Assembly: GCA_002633005.1 (NCBI GenBank)
Contig: NMRA01000088.1
Coordinates: forward strand, 306,186 to 370,185
DNA from: Phoronis australis
Taxonomy: Eukaryota; Animalia; Phoronida
Reading direction: 5' to 3'
Length of the DNA stretch: 64,000 nucleotides
This document shows, piece after piece, positions 39,354 to 51,798 of the stretch. The stretch's first letter is position 1. Every line of letters begins with the position of its first letter. Under the pieces are notes generated by a model that was given only the letters and a program-made list of their open reading frames with translations, did not search any database and was not told the origin of the DNA. Made by a program: the position numbers and the translations under genes.

Positions 39354-39587
39354 GTTGGACCGATGAGGGTGTGGTTGTGGAGGGGTCTCGCGCAATATCT
39401 CAAGCAGAGTTTATTCTCCTTGCAAACTCTGTTGGTAAACCAAGCTAAAATCATTTGGGTTTCAGAGTCGCACATTTTGGTTAAAAGCACCCAATACATT
39501 TGCCTTTTTTTTAAATGAACAGAATATTTGTTCAACTAGTTAAAAAAGCCTGCAAAATCTTAAGATGAGTACTTCTGGTGATGTGAC

Positions 39588-39684
39588 TGATGTCATACCC
39601 AGGTCGTGGTGATGTCATACCCAGGTCCTGTTGATGTCATACCCAGGTCTTGGTGATGTCATACCCGGTTTCTTGTGATGTAAT
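39588..39684. repeat. 22-bp minisatellite (TGATGTCATACCCAGGTCNTGG) x~4.5 in the probable EIF3H 3' UTR
   Basis: Direct tandem copies starting at 39588, 39610, 39632, 39654. Confidence 0.85.
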
Positions 39685-42600
39685 GCCCTCTTATGTTGGT
39701 GCACAATACATCATTTCATGTTTGTGAAATTGTTGGAATTCCCATAATGACTGTGGTCACTTCAGACACAAAGCATCTGAAGAGGTGAAACTATCGGTAT
39801 TATTGTTTTGCAATCTTTTCTCCTTTGTCCTGTCTTGGATATATGGTCAATTCATAAAATGTCAAGGTCAGGCCTAAAGAATTCATGTTTGATTCTGGTC
39901 TATACCTCTGTTTCATTTTTGAGATCCGCGCCTCACAACTTGTATAAAAAGTGAAAGCTCCTGTCAGCATCAATTTCATCCAAAATCCGGACTTCTTTTC
40001 AAAAGCCACAAAAATGCATGCAAGCAATGTTTTAAATGCTATGACTTGACAAGTCAGCCACATTCACATCGTGATTGGTTATCAATTACTCGCTATCATT
40101 CGTGCTTCATTGCTTCTCCAATCGCATCATCACTGCTGCAGGACTGAAGCTGGCTTTGGATGGAGAGAAACTTGCAACACTTTGGCTCATCTTTGGTAGA
40201 TTTTTTTGAAAGCAAGCAATTAGAAACCACCGGTGCCCCACGTCAGTTTTCAAAAACAAACAAAACAGAACCGGCAATGCTTTTTTGTCCTATTAAGAGT
40301 TCCAGACAATCAAATTCCCAAACTGAGCGCAATTTGGCAGTGATGGTTCCTTTAGAAGACTGACATATATTGGTTTGGGTTCATGATTTTTAAGGTTGAA
40401 GAATGGGTATCTCTTCATTGGAAAGTTCGTGGATTTGTTGGTTTGAAAAATTGACGACCAGTTCGGAAAGTCAATTGTGTGGCAGCCTTATGTAAGGTAA
40501 AAATATACTGTGCTCGCATGTTTGCTAGGGATTTATCTGTGAGCAGGTGACTCTAGCGAACTGTTTATTTAAATAAAAGTACTGCAAACTTGGAAATCCA
40601 TAGGATTCCATTGGTTTCTTTTTCTATTTCTCAATTGAAACAAATTATCTGTTTGCCTAATGAAAAGATTTTGCTGAGCTTGAGATTTTTCCACGTCCTC
40701 AATTATGGCTTTGGGTATTGTTGAAAAGGATGATTTTGCTCTGTCATTGTTTGGTGATTTCTGAGGTGTTCTGCAACACGCTCGACTAACATAGCAACGT
40801 GCTCATTGTTATGTACAAAACAAAAGTATTCAAACAAAATGATCCAGAATCGCTTGTCATGACGGCTGGGTGGAAGCCAAGTTCATTGTCAGAGACGTCT
40901 TCCATCATGACCGAGAAGAAGGATAATTTTTAGGAAAGTTAGTAAGGTGGCGAGTAAGCGATTCTGTAATTAGAATTTTGCCACAATAATAGTTAATACC
41001 AGTAAGTTTTGCTGGTAACAGAATTAGCCATTATGACAGGGAAAATGGTATTTTTGTCTGATTACTTTGGTCCTGTACTGTGATTCGTTGTAAAGTTGTA
41101 AGTACGTGTAATTTATAAATACATTCTTTTAGTATTTACTTGTTCATGCGTATCGTTTTCTACCCAATAATGGGAAATTCCATAGTCATGTACACATAAA
41201 GGGAGGGTTCTGTCCAATATCTGAGCATTCGGATCAGTTGATAAGGAACAGAAATCTGATCACCTGCTTAGGTGTGTTTGTGGGATAAGAGTACCACGTG
41301 ACTTCACGGATGCATTTTTACCGGTGGAAATTGTTCCACTAGCTGTGAAAGAATATTTCAAGTTTCTCGTTCCTTAAATGGATGTTCCTGAATTTTTTTG
41401 TTTACCTAAAGCTATTGTATCGGGATTTATAGTTCAAAGTGAGTCCACCATTCATGGCATCCAAGATAACTGGGTTTATAGAATCGGATTTATTTTTTAA
41501 CAGTGACCCTGCGTTCTTGTTCAGGTGGATTAAACGGTAAAAGTGTTCCCAAAATACATGCAGCGAGGAATATGGAACAGCAGACGATATATCTCTTTGA
41601 GTAAAAATTGGCGAAGTGTGCAAAAAGGTCCGCCTCAGAGTAACAAAAAGCCCGAGAAAACGAGATATAAGTCCACTAAAAAGGCGCAGACGCACAGTGA
41701 AGGTGGTACCCCGTTTTTTTTTTCTTTAAAGTCCTCCCGCTTTTTTGTTAGCAAAAGGTCCACATCGCCAGAAATTCGAGCCCCCCCATATTAAACGCTG
41801 GGTGTGCGCATGACAGTTCGTGAACACTGTATTGGACGAGCACGTGGAAAACGTGGGCGAAATCCCGCTGGCCAGCAGCAGGTCGTCGCCTTAACTACAA
41901 AAGAAGGGGGACAAAAATCCACCCTGCTTTTTTATCGTGACAAAAGGCAGCTCTACGTGGCGGGGTTAATCATGGAGTGCGTTCCATAGATTCGAGAAAC
42001 TCGCAAAACGCGAAATGTCGCCAAGTATTGCAAGCGAAGCTCGTGATCATTTGACCTTTCCGAGATTCTACGAAACGGCATTTGGTCATCGACATGATTG
42101 AATAGGCTGATCGGATTTTGAGTGCTGGATTCACGTTCAATATCAGTCTTGATAGTTCAAATCTGAGAATAGTACTGCGCGTTCCGTAAGCTATAGAACA
42201 CAGATTTCAAAGCCACCCGAAACACCAACCTATTTTAGTGGTGGAAACTTCCGGACCAGCAAACACTAAATTCGCTCTACTAATTCCAACATTTACCGCT
42301 AAATCCCACAAACGCACCGAAATCACTCCATACCCAGTGGCGTATTTAGGGGGGTGGATGGGGCAAGGGGGCCATGCCCCCCTAAAATTCTCCCAGAAAC
42401 CATTTGGCAGTTCCGGGTGCGAATTGCTGACTAGCATATGCGCGCACCCGGGGGGGGGGGGGNNNTTTTTTTAATAATAAGGTCCACAAACCCAAAAATT
42501 CGGGACCCCTGCATCCCTACATTTTAGGCTGGGCCCACGCATGTGGCGAAATTCTGGTTATTGTTGTGCCCTGCCCCCTGACTCAAAATCCTGGATCCGC

Positions 42601-45600
42601 CCCTGATACCCTGATACCGCAAAGTCCAAGCCCTGTCCATGGGTGCAACATTGGAGTTTGGTCGCCGGGTATGGGTTATTTTCGGTGAATGCGTGGAGTT
42701 TAGGGCCGCGGACATAGAATATTGTACCTCGGCTGTTCTTCGCTGGTCCGGGACTGAGGTTTTTTGGGTCCATAGCTGGAGTTTAAGAGTGGCGGGCTTG
42801 AAATCGTTTTAACCCCTTGTATTGTAGTAAGGAAAACGATGAAGGTTTTAATTATAGGGTAAGCTTGCGCTCTTGTCAAGGGCCTGGTTATACGGACGAA
42901 GCGGCTAGGTACCGCTCCGCTCGCAATTCTTGTTTGAAGCTAGCGATGTCGACTTGACCTGTAATATGGTTTTAATTTTGTTACGATTAGGATCGGGATC
43001 ATTCAGTTATTGTTGCTTCGCCAGGTTTTCTTGGCGTTTTGTACGCAATAACTGGTAAAGACAAAGCCTCGCTTCTTCGACATTTCGGAGCTCCAATAGA
43101 AGAATGACTGAGAAGTAACAATATATTAAATTTATTTTTTTCAATCAATTGTTGACGATATGGACATTCAACATTGAAACTACAATAACATAAACACACC
43201 GTGTTGTGCTTTCTTCATAAACACTAACAAACTGCTACAAATAAGTTACTACAAAAAACTACAAATTTACTCTTAAATTAATAAATAATAACAAAACTTG
43301 AAACGAATTGACAACTTTAACAGCATTACAGAAACACCGATGAACTGAAAATCAAATAAAAAGTCAACGTTTCAGTAACTAGAAATTACTCAGCAGGGGT
43401 AAAAAAATATTTGATTGCTTAATATTTTCCTCAAACATTTGTTCAGTGCTTCGTCGTTTCGTGTGACACGAACAGAAATTCAACGAACGGATAATATCGA
43501 CTTTTCTATATCACTCTGATATAGGAGTTACCGCCATGTCAATAGAATGTCGTGGAAGCTTGAAGTGCCCGTGAATACCTACTAAATGTAAAATAACAAA
43601 ACTACCTGGAAATGCGGAAGACACATTACGTTTTACAACAAATGCAAAAAAACGAGACTAAAAACACCATTTTTCCAAGAAGTAATCAACAAGAAAATGA
43701 CATTCTATATACAGTTTGAGATTAGTGTCCTCCCGATCTTTCCTGTTTTCACGCTAAAACTACGACAACATCGTAAGTACCCAAACACTAAGCACGCGCT
43801 CATTCATACATACATTCAATCATTCACCATGGTTACAAGAACGCGCGTTCACGCATCCCCTCATCGCCTTCGGTTCGTACTCAAAACTTTATATACAAAT
43901 ATTGCACTTTGAGCTGGCCTGTCAATTATACATCAATAAATTACACATTTAGACAAATGACAATTTGGCAAAATATTCACTCATTTCAAATAAGAACATG
44001 TACAATTCAGAGAGGTTTTCTAAGCCTTCAACTACACACTAAATCTGTTCACAATACCTAATGAACACAAATATACACCACTACGATCGTAAACTCAGAA
44101 CACATAGAAACATATGCCGCGTTTAGACGACTGCTAAATAACAAATTCGTTTTACTACCCCAGTTTGCCTAGAGCTGTGCACATAATATCAAAGGCAACT
44201 GTTAGCGAAATTACAACAATTTTCCTGCAGCACTTATCTTTCTACACCTGACGCTCATTACCCCATTCAGTTGAAGTTGCCATGTCAGCCTTTGACGATA
44301 TTTTTAGACTTTTTAACGCGTTACAGATTTATCGTTGTGAATAATTCAACATCACTGCTATAGGTAGCGCAGAGGACAGGCACCATTGTACACGCACGTT
44401 TGTAAGCAAGACATTTAACCTTGCAGTTTAGTGACTCGTATTATACAACATCCTCATGATTATAAACATTTGAATTCAAATTAGACACGTATAAATTTGA
44501 TATGTCGCTCAGAACTCGTTCTGACGAGGAATTAAGCACCATTTAAAACTATATGACATAACTACATCAAATAACTCAATGAATCTGTCTCTCCACAACA
44601 CTTGCGCACGATAGCTCGTTTCAACAGGAATAATCTAGTTACTCCAGTTAGAACAAGTAGACGATTTCATGCCAAGCAATTGCAAATAGTTAATTTTCAT
44701 ACATATGTCAATTTCGTGTATGTGTAATTTCATCGGCGCTTCAATTTTCCAATCAATGAACCGGAGCGAATTTCTCTCGTCTCGCTGGAGCGGTCATTGA
44801 TATTATTGCTGTGTTCGTTTCGTGACCTCGTTATCCAACACAGCGGTCGTTTGACAAGATGGAGTATTTGATTAACGGAATAATGTCAAGCCTAATTATT
44901 GTTGCATGGCATTGCGCAACATCTCAAGAGATGTGGAGGGTTACTTGATGTGAACTAGCCCGCGAATTTGCAAACTGTAGGCTATCTAACTCTCGCCTTC
45001 CCTCCAAGAAATATTGCCTAGAGGATTGACAAAAATAGCATTATAGGTAAACTGATTGTTTTTCACCATGACAATTTAAAAATCACCTAAATAACATGGA
45101 AATTTATGGTAAAACGTGACGTTTATCATGATTTGTTACTTTGGTTATTTTTAAATTCTCCAGATCACCAAAGAGTGATTTCATGTTCTAAGTTATATCT
45201 TGTATCATAGATCCAAGCGATCACTCACAGCACCATCTGAGGGGTAATGGTCGGTTATAACGTGCCCGCATTTTGAGAACCAGTTTGCTCCACTGACTAA
45301 CATTATATCCGACCATTGCCGAGTGTCAGAATTTTTCATACGAACGTCAGGCAATACATTCGTCGCTAAAAATAAGGTAATTCTAAAATGATAATAATAT
45401 ATTGAAATGATAAGGTTGTCAGAATGTCAACGCCGATATCGACATGATTTAATTAATGACTGACTGCCACATGAAATAATTAAGTTAAATATCGTACTTA
45501 GCCAACTGAGAGGGCCTTAAATAATCTTTCTCTATTTCATCACCATGACATTATTCGTGCACTTAGCGGTTACACATTTCAAGAATTCCGGACCCAGTTA

Positions 45601-47633
45601 AAACATCTCTGCCAATTTCTAGCAAACTTATCGGTGGTAATATATCACAAGACATTTAGATGTCATTCGAGCTAGCCTAGGAATCGGGCGTAGAATACTG
45701 ATAACCACTTTTTGTTTCTGGCTTAAACTGTGCTTCAAGTTGCGCAATTTTGTCTGATGAAACTACTCCTATCGATATGCATTTAGTTATTAACGGGTGT
45801 CACGTCAGCGTGATACGCTTTTTGACATGTGTCACAAACTTGTATCTCTGACTCTTGACACCAGGCCTGCATGATGAGAAAATTGCAGCGTTAATTAATC
45901 GATTGTGCCCACATTGGCAGTTTAGATAATTTAAATTACCGTGCACTCTATTGGGCTATTATGGAATTAAATACAGACTGAAGTTAAATCATTGAGAGAA
46001 TGAACAATTATTACCAACCTATACACGGGCTGCGAATTGAGTGAACTATACAGTACAGCATGCGATATTGTCTACGGCATGGTTTGGTCGTTCAGCCAAA
46101 CCTGTTTATAGAATCCTGTGACACACTCAACCGACTATATTTTTGACGGATGGGGTGCAGCTGGAACATTAAAATACCCCCCCCCCCCATTAAAAGATTA
46201 AACTCAGAAAATGGACGGTCACCCATTTTTAGTGAGTTTCCATAAAATCATCCTTTTTGTTCCAGAAACCCAACTTTTACGTCGAAATTTTTTGAAAATT
46301 GAATTTTCAACCCATTCACCCTGAAATACTAAAAACGAAGAGACAACATGTTGTGTAAAAATGAGCACATCTTTTCGACTCAATTTCTCTAAAATATACA
46401 CATTGCTGTAAAGCCCCGTTGTAGATTTACCGTAGCTGTGAATAGGACGCTTTCTTTTGCAGGGAATGAAATCGGAAAGGGAAACGCTATGGAAAGGAAT
46501 TTTGCCAGAAAAGAAAATTGTTCGCAAGGAAACTTGTGGAAAAGTCAACCTTTTCAGCGACCCGTTTAGTGTTTCTCTCTTTTAGAGTTCCCCCCCCCCC
46601 ACCCCCCGTATACTTCGAATGTCAGTCAGGTCTCATTTCTGTTCTTAACTCACCAGTTTGAAATAATGACAAAATTACTTTTTGCCACCATCTCCTGAAA
46701 ATTGAGGCTGAATAGACGAACCCGCAGGCGCATTTATGGCCGCCTCCCTACGGACACGACCAAAACAAAAAACGTCGTTGGTATGCCATTTTTAAGGACT
46801 AGGCATAGATTTTCTAAAATTGTAGTTGGCTCCCTCTTAAACTTCCTACATCCGCCAGTGCACACAATGGTTTGTCACCCCTCTTAGCCATATTACAGTA
46901 TTTCTTTGTTGACGAAATGCTATTACTATGTTTTCCCATATCATTCTTCCTCAAGAATAATGCGATAATGATATCAAACCTAACCATTAGCTTTACAATG
47001 CATACCTCACTCAATTAACAACTCTATACATGTATGCAAGACTTTTGTTCCTAGTATTTTTACAAGACATTGTTGTCGGTGGAAAGTTATTCTAAATATG
47101 CTAACAATGCCCAGACGGCATCTCGTTGTTTGATTGTTTCTTACGCCACCCTTTGCACCTGACAAGAGCAGTGAAAGTGCGACAAAAATGTCGTAGGAGA
47201 GCCATAATTGCGATGGGGGTTGTTTCCGTATTTGGTACTCAAAAGGTCGACACATGCCCACTGTGTGTGAGGAACGTTCAACGGCTGTGGGAAATGAGAG
47301 CCGAGACAAAGGATAGGGTTGGTTGAGAATTCCCAATATCCGCCATGATGGCTCGGTTTACAACACATGCGCGATACGCAATGAGTTCGATCAATAATTT
47401 ATGTGCGACAGAAGTTGCCATTTTGCACAAAGCAACAACAACAACAAGGGGACTGTATGACATACAGAGAACCCCTAGGAATGTTTAATGTTTTTTCAAT
47501 CTCATTTTTGAACGCCCGTTCTTTGTTCTTACAGACTAGAAAGAAGATCTACGTTTTCAATAAAAAACCACTCAAACCGGCTAACAGCGTTCAAGAAGGA
47601 TAAAACTATGAAAACGGATTTGATTAGTTTTAC

Positions 47634-48455
47634 CTAATCCAGGGACTCTCTCATGTACGCTTTGACGCTATTGGGTAGCGGCAATAGATCGGTGTCATTT
47701 TCGTGTTTAATACACTTCATGATGGAATTCCTGCACCGATCTTGTAGGCTGAAAAACATCCTGCGTGACGCTCCAAGTGTCATTTCAGTTTTGGCAGCAG
47801 TTGAGCAAACTATTGGATAAATGTCTTCGTCTACCTTGTTCAAACCTGTGAAAGCAACGCCCAAATTCACACCGTCCTTGAAGTAAGTGAGCGTTCCCTG
47901 GCCCCAATCAAAAAGAATACCTATGGTAGTGGCTTCGTTTTCGCGGAATGGTTTCGTATACGTCCTCCATTTGCCGTTGTGCCAAAGAAGGCCTTTATGT
48001 GAGAGTCCCCAACTTTGATCGTCCTCGCCCAGCATATTTACAAAAGCGTCGATGTGAAGTCTGGCCCGCTTTGTTCCGATACCGAACATCATGCTCGTGC
48101 CGAATATTCGTTGCGATATTCTAATCTCCCAATAGTATTTTCCATAGTTCAGAATGCGCGTGCCGCGCACGCCGGCTGTTCCATTGCTCCAGTTTGGATG
48201 AAAATGGGCGGTTTGGTGATTGGAGCCATAGAGACGAACTTCGTGAGATTTGTCGTATTTGTTCCATGTCCATTTGTCCTCGCATCCACCATGGAGCGGG
48301 GTGGGCATGTTGGACGAGTCGGAGTTCCCCAAATTGGATCTATTGTTCTCCTGGAAGTGCAAGCGACGTTTCTTACTTGACTGACGCGGGGTTGACGCTG
48401 TGGTGCCGACGCTGGATGCGGAGGAAACAGGCGACGATGAACCCGGTCTTTTCAT
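47634..48455 (-). CDS. SPSB3: SPRY domain-containing SOCS box protein 3-like (SPSB3/SP555 family), 273 aa from first ATG
   Basis: SPRY motifs FHPNWSNGTAGVRG, YWEI..RIFGTSMMFGIGT, SWGLSHKGLLWH, GTLTYFKDG, YPIVCSTAAKTEM; C-terminal SOCS box SLQDRCR...LPLP; acceptor-like TTTTCAG at 48487-48481 suggests an upstream exon. Confidence 0.92.
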   Translation of the reverse strand: MKRPGSSSPVSSASSVGTTASTPRQSSKKRRLHFQENNRSNLGNSDSSNMPTPLHGGCEDKWTWNKYDKSHEVRLYGSNHQTAHFHPNWSNGTAGVRGTRILNYGKYYWEIRISQRIFGTSMMFGIGTKRARLHIDAFVNMLGEDDQSWGLSHKGLLWHNGKWRTYTKPFRENEATTIGILFDWGQGTLTYFKDGVNLGVAFTGLNKVDEDIYPIVCSTAAKTEMTLGASRRMFFSLQDRCRNSIMKCIKHENDTDLLPLPNSVKAYMRESLD

Positions 48456-51400
48456 TGATGATTGTCTGTTCAACACCGAACTGAAAACGATGTTTCTGCG
48501 ATGTGTATTGTGTAAGGTTCAGCACAACTCCGCTGTATCTGTGTACAGACGACGGCAATGTCCAAACGGTTATCTACCAGTAGTAAACCATTGCTTTTAG
48601 CTGACAGCGACTGTTTACACTAGTTCTTGGTTTAACAGTCAACTTCAACGCACACGATCCTCCTTCCGCCTTAAGATAATTAGGCTACAGATAAATGAAT
48701 ACACGAGGGTGCAATACACAAACCGCATGCGAAATTCAATAGTAAGCTCAGGCGAATCAGTCCAAGGACTAGTGAACTTGTTCACTGGAGAATTCAGTCC
48801 GTACGCCTCTTTGTCCACTCTGGGTCACCGTCACCTTATTTTTCCTCAGTGTCGGGTTAAACAGCTGATCAACCCTTTAAACTACAACACACCCCTCTGT
48901 TTCTTTAAATACACACACGTGCCGCAAACCACTAATGCCCGGAGCCTGTTTAAACACAATAGTCACCAATAACCAATGCGAGAAGTCCTCCGACAATAGA
49001 GACGAAAATCTTTTGTTTCCAGGTCCTTTTAATTTGTAAAAGCTCTTCACATTCGGAGATGTCTTTGTGCGGTTGGACTCATTGTGTAAAATCGCAGCTA
49101 TCTGCAGCTCGCACGCCTGTCGCGTGCCGAGCTGGATTGCTCGTCTCTGATTGGTCGGAATCCACGGAAAGACGGGAAGGCTGCCATCGACAGATGGCCG
49201 ACTGTATGTTATCCAAAGAAGATAAACCGAAGTCTTGCTAACACTCGTTCAGTCGACTGGTCAGTAGGTCTTACAAAACGATGCCGGTCACACAGATGAG
49301 GACGACTGGTTTTCAAATTACCTCTCCTCAGATTTCCTTTGGTTTCAGACGCAAGTAAAGATGGCTTACAAGAGAACCCGTTGCGTTTACTGTACAACTC
49401 GCTTTTAATTCTCTGCGTGATTGCTGAAGGTATACGGGATGTGTGTCAGTATCGATTTTTCCTACATTAATTTAATCTGCGTTTGCGCAGAAAATGTTCT
49501 TCACAATGGCTGAAGTGGTCGGATTTCACATTTCCTGACCACGCAGTCTAATTATTCGCTGCGCCAGGTTGCTTATTTTGAAAACAATAATATTTGTTGA
49601 CATGTTTTGCGTTATCAGTAGAACGTGGCACATCAAAGGAAAAGTTTCTTTTGTTTCCTATTTTAATAAATTTCTAGTTTATGTCGTAACGTTGAACTAG
49701 CTGCTCTTATATTTGCAGGAGACATCGCCAATGAAGAGTCGTAGATTTTATTGAGCTCAAATTACCAAGCCTAGAACGCTCTATCAGACATGATTTTATA
49801 GTGTTAGTTATTTTGATGAATTTCAAAATTGGTAATTTCAGATAAATAATTATGACGAGGCCACCGAATCAGTCATTTTCACGATTAGCAGCCGATTAAA
49901 TCGGTTACATCGGTATTGGTGACGTGCAATGTTTTACCAGTCTGGTAGTTAGATCAACAAAAACGAGTGGGATATTTTTAAATGTCAACAATTAAATGGT
50001 AAAACCAGGCACGTTTAAACTCGGGTTTAAATTACTCGGAGTGCATAACTTGCTAAAATAATTTATGTGAATCATAGCTCTGGAAGCTATAAATTACCAG
50101 AGACGGCAAAGGGCAGGTGTGAGGTTGTTACACCCGCATTTAATGGGAGATGACCCTCGGGAAATAGCCTTGTCTTTAGTAAGCCCATCGCGTGTTTAGA
50201 ATCATCTATCACAATAGAACAAATGCAACGAAATCAGTTCTAAGAGCTGATTTGTTGGCGACAGCTGGTGCCGGCGGCACAACTTTGAAGTATACTCGTA
50301 CCTGTTATCATGTAAGGAATGAGACTGGTACTTGGGTCCGCAATGCATTGTGGGCTTTTGTGAAAACCAAACTCTAATTGCTTTCATACCCAAAACATAC
50401 ATTATTTGTCTTGAGGATTGAAATTGCCAGCGCGGTATAAACAACTTGTATCTAAATTAAACGAAGTTTTGATCGTAACTATAAAGTTTAGAGGTTCTAC
50501 ATACCTTGATAAAAAGGTGCCAAACGATCGCGTTTTTACATTAAACATTTTTTAAGTAAAACATTTGAATATGATCTTTTATTTCAAATAAGCTGATTTT
50601 AGAAAATGTTGATTTTTTCGTTGAGGTTTTGATATTTTGGCGTCTAATAACAGTGCTTAACATCAAATTTCACCATAACGTCATACATGTACGAGGGAGT
50701 TATTGGTTGATGATTTGTAATATTTCCGTTAGTCGTAGGCTTCACCAGTAATATCCATGTTAATGTATAGACTTTCAATGTGTGTCCACTGCACCCATCA
50801 GATACCACAAAATGTTACCAATATAAGGCCAAAATACCATAATTGGTTCTGGTCTGTGTTTTTTCGGGGATGCCATATTTTTTTAGTTTTTCATGTTTTC
50901 AAAAGAAAAAAATCACCTGATGCCAGCAAAAGTCTGCCGGGAAGCTTTTTGTCTTTTTCATTACACCCGGAGCGTCACCTGAGGCTAGTTGAAAGGGGTC
51001 GGGACCCTTTTTACCCAGCGCCACCTGTCAGCAGGTATGAGGTGCAAGTTTCAAAAAGTCGCGTGCAGACCAGACGACTAATTCTTACTTTGAAGTGAAC
51101 CTGGTTAATTTTAGGATAATAAAACGAAATGTTTTAAAGTATGTGCATGAGTGCTAAAACATCTAGAATTGGAGAAAAACAAAATTTAGCCTTGATCAAC
51201 AGAAACAAACAAGATCTTCTTTGTTAGAAACCCAGAATTTCGAGTAATGAGCTAACAATAATTATCAATCATATATGAATAGACGAGGGGACGCGCTCGG
51301 TAGAAGCAAAACGTCTCGAATAAAAACTAGCACTTTTCGGGCTAAAAAGTTGCTTTATAGCCCAGAACATGGAAGCCAGGGATGGAGATCTTTTTCCTGG

Positions 51401-51662
51401 AGGAAAATGAAGAAAACTTTAAGTTTGGACGTTTTCAGTACAAGCGAGACCGCCTAAGCACCGAGCGCAAATTACCATCATGTTTACACGTATTGTGTTA
51501 CACAAGTGATGTAAAGCGACATAACAACCTTAATCCCACATGCAGGGCATCGGGTGAATTTAAGTACACAGGAAATAGGTCTTGTAATTTATTGGAGCGT
51601 TTTGACTTTCTATGTACATCGCAGATACGGGTTCAAGGAAAGAATATAAAACCAGCCTCCCA

Positions 51663-51798
51663 TTCAGTAACGCTAGGAACTCGCTAAAAAGCAAGACTTC
51701 ACGATATTACACGAGATATTTCAGTTATTTTAAATGAGAACACGTGACTTGGGCTAGATTTTAGCTAGGACCTAGCGTAGGTCCTAGCGTTACTGAAC
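51663..51798. mobile_element. MITE family A copy 2
   Basis: TTCAGTAACGCTAGGA / TCCTAGCGTTACTGAA TIRs. Confidence 0.75.

Noticed and set aside
39776-39795. Hammerhead-like CTGAAGA..GAAAC
   Set aside because: Only 3 nt between the core boxes, so stem II cannot form
48015-48484. Plus-strand ORFs overlapping the SPSB3-like gene
   Set aside because: Antisense shadows of a real CDS
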